DNA of 63,261 nt, counting the filler, from Sluysia triapertura (Eukaryota): assembly GCA_046118255.1 (NCBI GenBank). It is 5 parts of 5 records of this genome, joined end to end, with 100 filler letters (N's around TTAATTAATTAA, not from the genome) between each part and the next. Parts side by side here need not be neighbours in the genome. Positions count along the whole stretch, not along the records: positions 1 to 11,320 come from JBJNIA010186034.1; positions 11,421 to 26,551 come from JBJNIA010238216.1; 3 more parts are not named here. One strand, given 5' to 3'. Position 1 is the first letter of the stretch. Every line of letters starts with the position of its first letter. This document shows, in pieces, positions 1 to 13,226 of this stretch. The position numbers and the translations under genes are program-made. The notes under the pieces are model-generated. The model ran no database searches. It saw only the letters and a program-made list of their open reading frames with translations, and was not told the origin of the DNA.

Positions 1-46
1 TATGTAACACGTTAATATATTTAAATAATTGATATTCATGATGAAG

Positions 47-97
<51 letters not shown>

Positions 98-115
98 GTT
101 GTTGTTGTTGTTGTT
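47..115. repeat. (ATT)n followed by (GTT)n compound microsatellite
   Basis: Directly visible trinucleotide runs. Confidence 0.95.
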
Positions 116-2209
116 TTAAACAAAATTTTATTTACATATAAAATTGCGATTAAATATTTTATATTTATTATTTATTTGACATTTATACAAAATACATAAA
201 AAATTTTATTTTAATTTTAATGAATAATAATATTTTAATAATAATTATTATATTACTAGATATTAAAACAAAAACGATAAAAATTGAAAACTTTTGATAA
301 AAATTCAAAACTTAAAAGTTATATCACGAAATGAAGAAATATCACGAAAAATAACCAACTTACATTATTATGATATGTTTTGTAAATTTTTAACGAAAAT
401 ATATTTTAATTTTAATCATCACGAATTGCAATATTTTGTATCTGTTAATGTTTTAAAATTTACAATTAATATATGAAAAACGAAAGGATAACCTAAAGTA
501 ACCATTTTGTTAATATTCATTTATTAACATGCTATTTACCATTCCTGCTTTACTATTGCAAAGTAGTCCGAATTAAATGTAAAAGACTGCATAACGAAAG
601 TTTATTTTAGGAAAATTATCAACAATATCATAACTATTATAGTAGTAGCATGTGCATAAGTAATTGGATTATTAATGTATATTGTGGTAGTTAAAAATGT
701 TAAGATTCTTAAATTATAAAATTCTGCCTAAGTTATACGCAATGAATTAAACTATAAATTTACGAATACGTAATTAACTTTAAGACAGCAATCATTTAAT
801 TGGATATCGTAATTAATTAAAAACCGATTCATTTGTAACGATGCAGGACTAAAAATATTTATTAATTACGTAAATTAAAAGTTGTTTGAAAATGTTCAAT
901 AACGCTTTATTTAAAATTTAAATTACGAACAAGAATTATTAATTTTACGGGTTCATAAAAATATTATTGTTATGAAATGAAGTCGAATTTTATGATTTCA
1001 AATTTTGTTCATAATTGCGTTTACAGTGTCTGAGAATCTGTCGTCCATTATTTCTTCGTCAAATGTCTTTGATATAAGTTTAATAACTTTCATAAAGTTT
1101 AGATGTGAACTTAAGAAATATTTATTACTTATTAAATCGTCGTATAAGTCATTACTGAGTAATTTTATTATAATATAAATTATTATAATTATTATAATTA
1201 TTAAATTATTTTATATTTGTAATTCTTAGTAAAATTATCTTTGATTATTTCTAGGCTCACAATCAAAAATTAATAGAATCTTGATATTCTTTTAATAAAA
1301 TAAAATAATAAAAATGCAAAATGTACTAAAACTAAAACTTTAAAAACTATGATAAAAGCAAAACATAACAAACTCAATAAAAGTATAATACAAATTTTGA
1401 GTTGGGTTATAGGATTTGTTACGGATTCGTCGTAGTACTACGGAGAATTTCAGTATTTAATGCTAATATCTAAATTCATCATTAAATGAATACAAATAAC
1501 TTGTAATTTCGTTTTATTTACTAATTTTATCTAGAACTGAAGAAATTACTTGTTGCTTATTGCAAAGAACAAATTCTAAAGGGTTATTTTCAGATTCAAT
1601 TTTAAGAACCAAGTTTATTCATTTTTGTTCAATGTTAAACAAGTGTAAAACGATTACCAATTTTGTAGAAATTTAGAATTCAACCTATAATTAAATTTAC
1701 AATTCGCTATTGAATTATGTATTAAGAAGAAAAATATTTTTGGTATGTGACTCAATAATAAACATTTGTTATGAATTTTTCATAATTTATATCTAAATGT
1801 CCTATTTCAATTGATTTTTAGGACAAATTTTATGAAGTTGTCTTGTTAATCTTATCGTACAATTAAGTGACACTAATTCATCAATACTAAGTTCTGCTTT
1901 TGTTGATGACAACAACTGAAATTCAATATGATGGAAATCAGAAATTTCTTCGCACAATTGCTTTTATCATTAGGAGTAAATTTACCTTAGGTCATTCCAT
2001 AACTTAATTCTGGCAAAGTTATCTGAAATGTAACTTAGGTGGAGTTCGAAACATTATTTTTCTATTGGGATCTATATTTATTGCTCCCCAATAATTTTTT
2101 TACGTTATAAGTATTTTATAATTGACAGCTAATTTAGACAATTCATATTTCATTGGTTTAGAACACACGTAATTTTTGTGATAACACCGATTATGTTGAG
2201 GCCTAGATT

Positions 2210-2346
2210 NNNNNNNNNNNNNNNNNNNNNNNNNNNNNNNNNNNNNNNNNNNNNNNNNNNNNNNNNNNNNNNNNNNNNNNNNNNNNNNNNNNNNNNNNNN
2301 NNNNNNNNNNNNNNNNNNNNNNNNNNNNNNNNNNNNNNNNNNNNNN
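2210..2346. other. Assembly gap (N run)
   Basis: Run of N. Confidence 0.99.
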
Positions 2347-5279
2347 TATTAGAATTATTAATTTAATTTGTTATTAAATTTATTGCTTGATACATTAATA
2401 AACTTAAAGGTTCTGAAGCTGCGATAATGATTCTCAATAGGATAAAGTAAAAGATCGTGTGAAACATATTGTATGTGGAATAGAAAAGGATCATTACATG
2501 CTATTGTTTGTTACAAACATTATAAGTGAACGGTTTGAAACAGAATGCTTTATTACTATGTTAAAAAATTTAGTAAGGTTTAAAAAGGAGTATTTAATGT
2601 TTTACGAACGTGTGATTACAAAGTGAAATTGATGGATTAGATTAAAATTAGAGATTTCCTTATGCATTTTGTGAATTATGTGGTATTGTGTAGTGTGTGA
2701 ATAATAAACTTATGAATTGTTATTATTGTAGTAGTTGTTGAGAAAGTTTGAATTGTATTCTGTTTTTAGTGCTTCCGAATTCTGTTTATTGTTTGTTGTT
2801 TTTTCGCTAATACTTGTGTTAGGTTAAGTTAAAATTGTCTGTGTATTAATGGTATTGATAATGATAATACTACTGACAACTGTGAGTTATAATGCTTTGT
2901 AGAAGTTAAAATCTGGTAATATTATTAATTGAATGCGATAGTTTTTTTATAAACTTTTTATAAATTTATTGTTTTAAAAGTTATAGTTTGGTAATGAAGA
3001 TACAGGAATTAATATAGGGTTATACGATGATATCTGTGTTCAAAATATGCGCACATAATCGAAAGTGAAGTACTGAACCACCACAGAAAACATTTTTATT
3101 CGATTAATGTTTGAAATCCATGTTCGGCTTAGCAAGTATAAATTTAATGTTAATATAAGTTAAGTATGTTATTTGGTAGTTAATTTTGTTAAGGGCTCTA
3201 AGCCTTTCATTCGTCCATTTTAGAATTTTAATGGCTTTAAACTGATTAACTATAATAATTTATTCGTTAAGCACCCTAAGCGTTATCTCATTACAATAAT
3301 GCAAATAATAATTTTATTAATCGTTTAATTATAAGCACGAAGGAAATATTAAAATTATTTTCCTATCTATTAGAATCATTTCTAATATCATTTTTTTTAC
3401 AAATTTTCGCTTTCATTTCACTTATCTAGCTAATACTGTCTCTGTCATCATCGCCGGATCTTACCATACTAATTAACTTTTAACTATTTCTTTAAAATGT
3501 TTGCCATCTATTCGAATAGCGTAAGTCCATAAATCTGGACTTACATCTTTAATTTATTAGTTCAAGTCTGTATTTATTTTTGTCTTTATGGTCTTTTACC
3601 CTATCAACTAAACTTTAAGTTTACATCCGAATTCATAGACTGATTCATTTGACTTTTGTTTCCTTTGTTGGCGTAATATTTTCCAGTATAGTCCAAAGTA
3701 TATACGATTACATTCACGTTTGTTTATTATTATTACTTATTTCCTTATAGGTCTACATCGTCACTCCAGTTAAATAATTTTGTGTTCACGTAATCTTTTA
3801 GGCTTTGTTTTAGCTGAAAATTTATAAGATTTTTAAAATAAGTTATATTTTATATCACCTTAGAAGTTACCTCTGTTTAAAGTAAAAATTGCAAAGGCAG
3901 CTTATTGTAAATGGATAATCGCAATGATGCAACAATAAACTTAACTAATATTTTATACTAAATAGGAAAACTACAAAAATAATACAATTATAAAGGAAAA
4001 GAATAATATAGTGTATCTACCTAGAGATAAAGTTCTGTAAATAGTTTAAAATATATTTTGGTTATGATTTAGTAGGCTCTTTAAAATACCAATATTTAAA
4101 ATAACGATATTACAATATAATAATGATAAGTGTTTTGAATGGGCAAAGGCCTTGATATTTAATCAATTAGTAAATGAAAAAGTCCGTAATATTAAACGAA
4201 TCAATTGATCGATACACAAAATTACTTATCATTCATTCATTGTTATGACATTTAAAGTCACAAAATACTAATGCATTATATATTAAAAACATTACATTCA
4301 CAATATTTTGGTACGTAAAACGTGCAGAATTATTTACAAGCGCTTTATTTGCTACTGTTTTATGCTCAAGTGATTGCTCGAATATTTATATGTGCTTTAT
4401 TTACAACTGATTAACGCAAGATATTGTTCAAGTTATGCTCCAAATTCATACTGAACCTATTTTCAAGTTAGATATTTGTTTAAGTTTATTCATGGTTAAT
4501 AATATGACATAATGCACTTAAAATAGTGCCGTAAAGTTTGAATGACCATTTTAAATAGGTCAATAAATTAATAATTATCAATTAAAGACTTGTAGGAGCT
4601 TTAATTCAGTAAACTTCTTTTTATCACATTTATTCACCTATTGATACTTAATATTTTGTGATTTTTATTAGTTGTTGAAATATTAATTTTATATTATTAA
4701 CTCATTATATTTAATTATTCCACTCACTATCAGCGCTCCCTTCAAAAGCCATTTTAAAGAAAGTAAAAAATGCACAAAGGAAATAAAATAACTTACGTAG
4801 TTTAAATATCATAATCTCAGTTGTGCTTAACTAGTTAAATGTTAAAGAATTAAGTTCAAAAGAGTGATAAACTTAATTGTAATCAAGCTAATAAGTTGGA
4901 GTTTAAATACTGATACTTAATAATATTCAAAAATAACAATTCATTTATATAAGATATTTAATGACTCCATACGTTCTGACATTTTATCTTTTGACTAAAA
5001 ATCTTATGGACAAACCCTTAACTATGTAAGACTGATTTTAATTAATACATTTATGATTGAATGTCAATTATTTTTAGGTAATTATAAATTTTTTAAATTA
5101 TTAGACAAAAAGCTAACTTAACATTTATTATTAAATAAGATAAGTAACATAACTATTATTGGTGTTTTTTTAATTTATCAATTTAGAAATGTATTTTCTT
5201 TAAATTTTTCTAAATCTGTGCGTGATGTAAACCTATCTTAAGATGATTTATATTAAAGTTTATGTTAGACTTCGTAAAA

Positions 5280-5349
5280 TGGACAGACCGGGGATCGAAC
5301 CGGGACCATTGCTGCGCAGTTCAAATACTCTACATTGAACTATCAGCCC
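5280..5349 (-). pseudogene. tRNA-derived sequence (tRNA pseudogene or SINE head)
   Basis: Minus strand reads GGGCTGA TAGTTCAATGTAGAG...CCCGGTTCGATCCCCGG TCTGTCCA. It has a Pol III A-box and B-box (GGTTCGATCC), an acceptor stem GGGCTGA/TCTGTCC with one mismatch, and a T-stem with one mismatch. The anticodon arm does not pair. Confidence 0.7.
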
Positions 5350-8300
5350 CGTCTAACGATTTTATTTTATTATAGTCAATTTTACCAAATGCCATTTTAG
5401 GCCTTTTTACCCCAATATTTACTTAACTTTTATTAATAGCTACAAACTCTTTTTAACTATCATTAACTCGAAAACAAAATAGACTTAGCAAAATGTATTA
5501 TTAAAACTAATATTCTATTTATAAAAATGAAAACAATTAAAAACAATTAATGATACATATAATAATATGTAAATATAAAGATTTCAATGTATTAAATTAA
5601 TCCTTAATATTGTGGTGATTTTAAAAATTATTGTTTATAAATTTTATAAATTTGGCTTAAAAATAGGTCTCTGTAACATGAGAATACGTTATGAATCAGT
5701 AAATTTTGTTATTATGATCTTTAAAGTTTTAACAAAAGGATCCATATTTTTGTAACAATAGAAAAACATAAATGCAAAATTAGTTTGACTCTTTATAGAT
5801 TAAGCACTGAGGTATTAATAGAATTATAATGCAGCTACAACGGTAATTGCATCTTTAATAATGAGACCAATAGAGATTATATCAACAATAATAGTATCAA
5901 TAATACTAGTATTAGTAATAGTGCTAAGATTAGTAATAATTATATAAGCAATGAAATATTTCTCTTCTTAACAATGGAAAACTGCACTTTATGCAGTATT
6001 TTTCCCTGATTTCATTATAAGGTCAATAAATTATTGATTTCTATTCTTTAATAAATTTTCTACAGTTAGTTTCTGTAATACGCTCAATAATTAAAGTCAT
6101 ATAAATGATTTGTATTGATTTGTGCTTGTTCGTAAATTTTTTCGTATACATTTTACTAAAATCGTAGATAGTTTAAGCCTGCAATGTTCTTGCATAATTC
6201 CTAATTTATTTTCCTACTTACTAATTAAGAGTAGTAAGTTCCCATCTATTTTTTCTTTTCATTTCTTCCTATTTTTAGAAAATTTAGAGTTGTTTCTTTG
6301 CATTTCCTGGGATTACTAAGATATTTTAGATTTCATTTCATTAAAATTTGTGTAAAATTAAAAAATACTGCCAATTACGCTATTTAATATAGAATAAATT
6401 ATTAAATTTATTTAAATACATTTCTCAAAATGCATTACGCCTACGCAATATCATCAATAAAAACAGTAAATCATTATCAGCATTATAATGAATAATATCT
6501 GAAAACATTCCGCGATTAATACTGTCATACTTAGTTATGAAATAAATATTAAAATGTCGGAAATATAAAAACATAATAAATATGTGTATTTATACTTTTA
6601 TACTGTGCGCTCAGTTAATATACAAATATAAAGATTATGAATAAATAAAATAAATAAATGTAACAAATCAAAATAAAAATTTTCATTGCTAATTTACTCA
6701 ATAAATAGAACCAATGAAATATGTTTTAGAATATTTACTATATATAAAATAATTTCAAATTATTATATTTTCTATAAAAATAATTGCGTTACCGAAATTT
6801 AGAAATAAAAAACATTATATTTAAATAGATAACAAATATGAATGATCCATCTAATAATGAATTTTGTAATAATATTCTACGGAAAAAACTACTGACACCA
6901 GAACAGTTAGCAGGTTAGTAGAAAATGCATTTATTTAAAATATAAATGAGATTTACATTTATACTGAAATTAATCATTAAATTAATAATTTATTTATTTT
7001 ATCTGAAAAATAAAATTTATTTAATTATGTAATTATAAAAAATGTTTATTTCGAATATCCGTATTAGTTTTTTTACATCTATGTATCGTGTAATTTATGA
7101 ATAACAAATATGAATGATAAGCATGATTAAAAGTACAAATATCGTAAATATAGAATATGCAATTTTTGAAACAAAAATCAATGAAATTAAAAATTTAAAT
7201 AATTAAAAATATATATGTCATACTCCTACACATATTGAATTACCAATACAGTATTCAAATGATGTTTTAAATAACGTCTCCATTTTAATTTTGAACGATA
7301 AAATTAATAAATATAAAAGTGTTAGTTTGATTTTAAACTTAATTCAATATGTAAAAGTAGAATGTAATTGCTAAAAGTACATTTAATAGTATAAAATTGT
7401 CAAAGGTATTGTTAAATTAAAATTATGAATAAAATTCTTTGGGTTGAATATTTAATGAGAAATATAAAATAATTTGCAAGATCATGAAATTTTCAAATAA
7501 TTAAATAATGCAGAAAACAAACCATTATTTATCCATTGATTTTAACAAATGACGAGTTTCATTTTAGGAAAGGAATTATGTATCTAATTATTTTAAAAGT
7601 TCATTTAATTTTAAAAATCTGCGAATGTTTTAAAATTTCATAATTTCAATTTAATTATAAGTACATTATTAAACTATTATTATTAAACTTTCAACATTTA
7701 TTAAAAATAGTGACTAATATCATTTTGGGTTGATAAATTTATCAATAAGTTTCTGTCATAATAGAGATGTATATTAAATATGGTTAATTCACTTATATTA
7801 ATTCTCAATGTATGCTGTTTTAAATCGTTATTTTCATATGCAACATTTAGATAGCGGGAAACAAAAAATGATGAATTTCTATCCTATGTTACTGTTAAAA
7901 AATGACTTAAAAAGTTTCTAGTTTTTATTAATATTTTATTAATATTTATTAATATATTTTTATTAATATTTGTATTAATATTAATATTAATACTTTTTAT
8001 TAATTTCTTTGGCTAAATATTAAAATATGCTTCAGAATAAAAGTTACAATTTTTTCATTTTTTTATATTAGGCTACATCTTGAAATTTCTATACTTCGTC
8101 TCTGTTACATAATAAATGAGCCATGTAGGATTGTTTTCAATTAAAGAAAATGTTATATTTACTCTATTTTTGTTTAACTTATTAATCTAAAAGATTATAT
8201 TTTTACAAAAGTTTAAAATTATCAATTTTATTTACGATTTATTTCGGAACAGAGGTAGTAATATTTTAATATATGTTTTTTGATAATTTTGTTACTAACC

Positions 8301-9949
8301 ATCAATTTTAATGCTTGTAATAAGTAATTCTTTGAAACCAATGAAATCGAGTTTAAAGCTATCCTTCAAAACATTGTATGCTTGAAAAGCGATAGTTTCT
8401 GAACTGTACGAAACCAGAATGAATATCTAATAGCAATAGTTTATGATGTTTAGAGATCAGGAAATATATGACATGTTATAGACCACAATCCATGTATGCA
8501 TCAACAAAAGGAATTGTTTCACATTGCAAAATTAAGTGATAATTGATATAATAGCTAGTGCAATTGTAGTAGTAGACGATTTACGTGTGATATTAATTAA
8601 AGTAACACAACGGGTGTGGCTAAGAAGTAACACGAAGTTTTACTTATGAAAAATGAATTAATTATAAAATCATTCATTTAAAATATGTAAAATGTTTGAC
8701 AAATGTTGTTAATTCAGTAAAACATTTGATATGTCAAAGATATTCATACAGCAGGATAGAAACTTTAAAAATTTTAAAAATATATTAAATATTGTTCGTA
8801 AAAATTAAAACACTTCTTTAAAAGTAACTAAATTTTTATGAGTAATGTTTGAATTTATTGATTGGTTTAAATTATTAAATATAAATGAAGTATTTTACAT
8901 TCAATGTCCATAAATAATTGTTTAATTAATAATAAATTTACGAGTTTGTAACAAAACTTCATTTTAAATATTATTTTCCAAATTTTAGGGCAAAATTTGC
9001 ATCATGTTTATAAGTAAAAACAAAATGAAGCTAAAAAATAAAAAATAAACATTAATAAAATGGACGCAAAGTTTATTTATTATTTACAGAGTTTTTTTTA
9101 TATATTTAAATACTTAAAGGATTAATTTTGTATTTCTTTTAATAAAAGTAAATTATTTTTTAAAATAATTAGTGAAATAATAAATAAATTCAAGTCAGTC
9201 TATAATTAATGATTCTTAATCAATTTAAAATTATTTGTAAATTATAGGAAATTCTGATTTAACTTAAGAATTTAAATTGATACACAATTTTAACTAATAT
9301 CAAATGATTTTAAAACCTTAATATAAACGGTCTGTATCTGTGAAGTTGTGGTTCTAACGTGTCAATGATGTTATAGATGGAAGTGAGAAAAATTTAAAAA
9401 TATTATTTCAGTTTCTATAAAGAATTAGCAAAAAAATATATGAAGTAACATCTAATATAAAATAAACATAAAAATGCTAAACTTAATTTAAATAAAGACA
9501 TAAGGAATTTAAATGCTTTATTTTAATTTCAAGACGTCGATTTTATTTTATAGTTTCTCACATTAATTTTTAGTTGTTCCACAATCAAATGTTATCAAAT
9601 ATCTCCAATAACATCTTCAGAATTTAACCAAATACTTTCAAAAGTATTCTTTTACCTGTATTGCAATTTTGGTTACATTTTCATCCTCTTTATATACATC
9701 TTATGTATTCAATATTTGCATCCGCCTTAATTTCTATTCATGTTTTTGTATTTCTGCGGTATTCAGCTCATTTCTTGGTAAATTAAGTATCGCAAGCTCA
9801 ATTCTTCTTTCTTATTCTTCTTTTGTTATCCTTTGGGTATTTTTTTGAAATATTTTTTCCAAATTTTCAAATATTATAAGTTTTTTAAGTTGTTTAAAGT
9901 TATTGGCGATTTATTTTAAAAATTAATAAATTAATAATTAATGCATGAT

Positions 9950-10960
9950 TTAATCCGAACTTTAATAATCCGAAAACTTCGTAGTCCGAAAAACATTTAT
10001 TTATTTTCGAACGTTTCCGGGCAAATTTGATTCATTAATCCGAAACTTCATGATACGCAATCGGAAAGCACTGTTTTGAATTAAATTTCTAATAAATTTT
10101 CTGATTAATGTTGTTTAAATATTAAGCTTGTTTACAATTTAAATTTATTTAAATTAAATATCCATATGGCTAGAAAAAGAATATAAATTACAATTTATCA
10201 AAAGGCAAAAATTTGTGCAATAAAGGAGTCGAAGAAAATGTCTCCGAGTGAATTGTCTCACTCAATTATCAGAAGAGAATTAAATCTGGACCTAAGAATT
10301 TCTATGTTATCAGAAATTTTGAAAAATAAAGAGTAATGGGAAAATTGTGAAAGTTCCAGACTATCATTGAGAATTCATTGATCGAGTAGATATCTTGAAT
10401 GATGCGATAAATAGTTACGTGACTGATAAAATAATTATTACAAAAGCAAAGAAATTTGGACAGAAACTAAATGTTGATGACCGGCAATTCAGCAAAGGAT
10501 GGCTCTATAGATTCAAAAATCGATTTAATCTGATACTGAAAGTTCTCCACGGAGAAGCAAATTCAATGAATGATGTTGATATTTCAGCCCATAGAAAAAA
10601 ATGGTTGCAAACTTGGCCGGTATTGACCAAGAAGTTATACTCAATATGGATGAAAATAACCTTTCTTTCCAACAAAAACCATTTCATCAAGTGAAAGAAA
10701 AGGCATAAAACAATCTAAAGTTAGAATAACCATAGTTTTATGATCAATTAAAATTACACCCTTTGTTATTGGTGTTTTAAAGGATTTAATGATATTGTAA
10801 TTACCACAAAAATTCGAAAGCATGGATGACCACCGATTTGTTTAATTGTTTCATGCAGGCAGCATCTTGATGATGAAATGAGAAAATACGAAAAGAAATT
10901 TTATCTACTTCTTGATAACACTCCAAGTCATAGCTTGAAGAAATGTTTTCAGAACATTTT
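9950..10960 (+). mobile_element. Degenerate Tigger/pogo (CENP-B-like, Tc1/mariner superfamily) transposon
   Basis: ATG at 10166 gives MARKRI*ITIYQK (CENP-B N-terminal HTH-like). Then FSKGWLYRFKNRFNL..LHGEA (HTH_Tnp_Tc5-like), and across frameshifts NMDE, SKVRITIV, NSKAWMT and LLLDNTPSH (DDE_1 motifs). Repeated (T)AATCCGAA motifs at 9950-10045 resemble Tigger subterminal repeats. Multiple stops and frameshifts. Confidence 0.9.
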
Positions 10961-11245
10961 TTGTACATCGTTTTTTAACTATCGTAACCTGTATTAGTAG
11001 TGGACGTCCAATCACGACACAGAATTCAGTAAGAACCACGATTGTGTGTTTGTGCACTAATAAAAAATTAAAACAACATCAGCAACAATAATGCAACAAA
11101 AAGTACGATAGAATAATATTATTTAAAATTATTTCGTGAAAAATTATTAATATTTTAGTAACTCGTAAAATAATTTTGATGCTCACATTGAATAAATTGT
11201 TTGTTTCAAAATATTATTATAATCAAGGCTTTACAACAATGTATT

Positions 11246-11320
11246 TTAACCTTTGTCAGTCAACCTGGGGGGTAATTTTACCCCCCATGGGAAGAAAAAT
11301 GTGAATAACTTTAAAACTTT
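11246..11320 (+). mobile_element. Probable DNA-transposon terminus (TTAA-CC start plus GC-rich subterminal palindrome), truncated by the gap
   Basis: TTAACCTTT... followed by the perfect inverted repeat TGGGGGGTAA-TT-TTACCCCCCA (11266-11287) in an AT-rich background. Confidence 0.4.
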
Positions 11321-11420
11321 NNNNNNNNNNNNNNNNNNNNNNNNNNNNNNNNNNNNNNNNNNNNTTAATTAATTAANNNNNNNNNNNNNNNNNNNNNNNN
11401 NNNNNNNNNNNNNNNNNNNN
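11321..11420. other. Assembly gap with TTAATTAATTAA linker (44N+12+44N); the same structure occurs at 26552-26651, 38316-38415 and 52026-52125
   Basis: Four identical 100-nt structures. The linker has stop codons in all six frames, typical of a scaffolding spacer. Confidence 0.97.
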
Positions 11421-12000
11421 TTTTATTGGCAACCAATGTAATTCTTTGAGATAGGGTGTTATATGAGATCTTCTTCCAACTTGGAGAATTAGTCTTGTTG
11501 CTTGATTAATTATTAATTGCAATTTTTTCACTTTTCTTTATGAATTAAGTATAAGAAAATCTATGAGTGAACAATAAGTTTAGCTATTTCGAATACATGA
11601 TATTTTATTTAATTGATATTTACACTTTTTAACAATAAAATTAATATTTTCTTCCATGTTCATTTGTGAATCCATATAACAGCCTATATTTCGTACCACC
11701 TAAAATTAACTTTCCTTCATTTATTTTGGTATTGTCACTATTTTTATTACTAAAGATTATAAATTTTGACTTTTCATCATTGATTTTCAAGTATTTATTT
11801 CCAAATCATTTTATGAATTCAGATAGAAGTTCTTCTGTATGTTCTTTGAATAGTATTTTCTATGTTGTTCATTTCAAATTCAGTATATATTTGCACGTCA
11901 TCAGCATATACATTGTATTTAAAATAATAGTAATTATGTAGTTTCATGTTTATTTATTTTATAATTACATATAGATTTATTTAATAGTTATTTCTACTTG
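11421..12000 (-). mobile_element. L2/CR1-group LINE reverse transcriptase fragment (decayed)
   Basis: Minus-strand peptides NVYADDVQIY (YADD at 11897-11908), NIGCYMDSQMNMEENINFIVKKC and ATRLILQVGRRSHITPYLKELHWLPIK. The last matches the typical L2 HITP-L--LHWLP motif. Confidence 0.9.
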
Positions 12001-13156
12001 ACAGTATTTTCATTTTAATTAAGTTCAGATCTATGTTTATAGAGTTCTATTTTTATTATAGTACATTCTGATGTTTATTTTGAGATAATTATGTAACTTT
12101 AAAAGTTATTTTTAGTAATAATTTTAAATTTATTTAATTAAGGAAGTTTTTTTTACTTATATAAATATCATTAAAAGAAATACGCATAGTTTAATTACTA
12201 TGGTTATGTAAACATGAAAAATAAATTTATATAAATAAAAATAAACAAAAACACTTAAACAAAACTAATGATATAAAAATTAAATAAACTAAAAATTTTT
12301 ATTTATTATACCAAATGTTGAGTGTGTATAATTTAATTTATCTAAATATAATGACTAAAATGATTCACAAACCAAATTGAAATAAGTGTGAGATTTTTCA
12401 ATTATTATTTATATTATTGATATTATTTTATTAAAATCGTTTATATTCAAATGAATTGCGGCTTTCCATTATTTTAACATGTGTTTATCACTTTTTAATT
12501 AACGCTGATTTGCACTTTTAAATTGAGATTAAAAATGTAACTAAACTAAATTTAGTAACCAAAAAATAGTTATTGTACTTTTCAATTTTACTAATTTTAA
12601 ACATTAAAAATTAAAAAGACTTTAAAAATTATAGAAAATACACATTGTACTTTAATATATTAATATATTACCTGTTAACAATTATAGATGGTTCCGAAAC
12701 TTCATTATTTACACAATTAATCATTTATGAGATAAAAATGATAACAAATATTACTAAAAACTTTAAGAATAATAATAATATTATTATCTTGGATAATAAA
12801 AATTTACAGAGAATTCACAATGGCAATAAGACAGGCTATATGTTATTTACCTTTTATTACGAAAAAATTTCAAAAGACAACTTTATTTCTGTTTCAGAAA
12901 TATTGTGAAGGATAATATCCTTTTGAGTATTTATTTAACTACAACTTTTAAATAAATAAATATATTATTATTAATCAAACAAGTTACATTCTAAATATCA
13001 AAAAAATTAGTGTTCTAAAAATTATTTGTGTAATATTGTCAGAATAATACAAAAAAAGTCAGGATTTATTTAGAAAATGAAATTCTTTAACTGAGCAAAT
13101 TATTATAATTATGGGTTCGTCTATAGTAAGAATAGGCTCTCCTGCAGGATTATGCA

Positions 13157-13224
<68 letters not shown>
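13157..13224. repeat. (AAT)n microsatellite
   Basis: Direct. Confidence 0.95.

Positions 13225-13226
<2 letters not shown>

Noticed and set aside
8380-8480. Kinesin-like fragment (DQEIYDML)
   Set aside because: A single weak motif among stops; not supportable by eye.
294-9900. Short ORFs and scattered exon-like or TE-like relics in the first 10 kb
   Set aside because: No recognisable motifs or consistent splice structure apart from the tRNA-like unit.
11365-11376. TTAATTAATTAA repeated four times as a biological motif
   Set aside because: It is always centred in 44N+44N, so it is a scaffolding linker.
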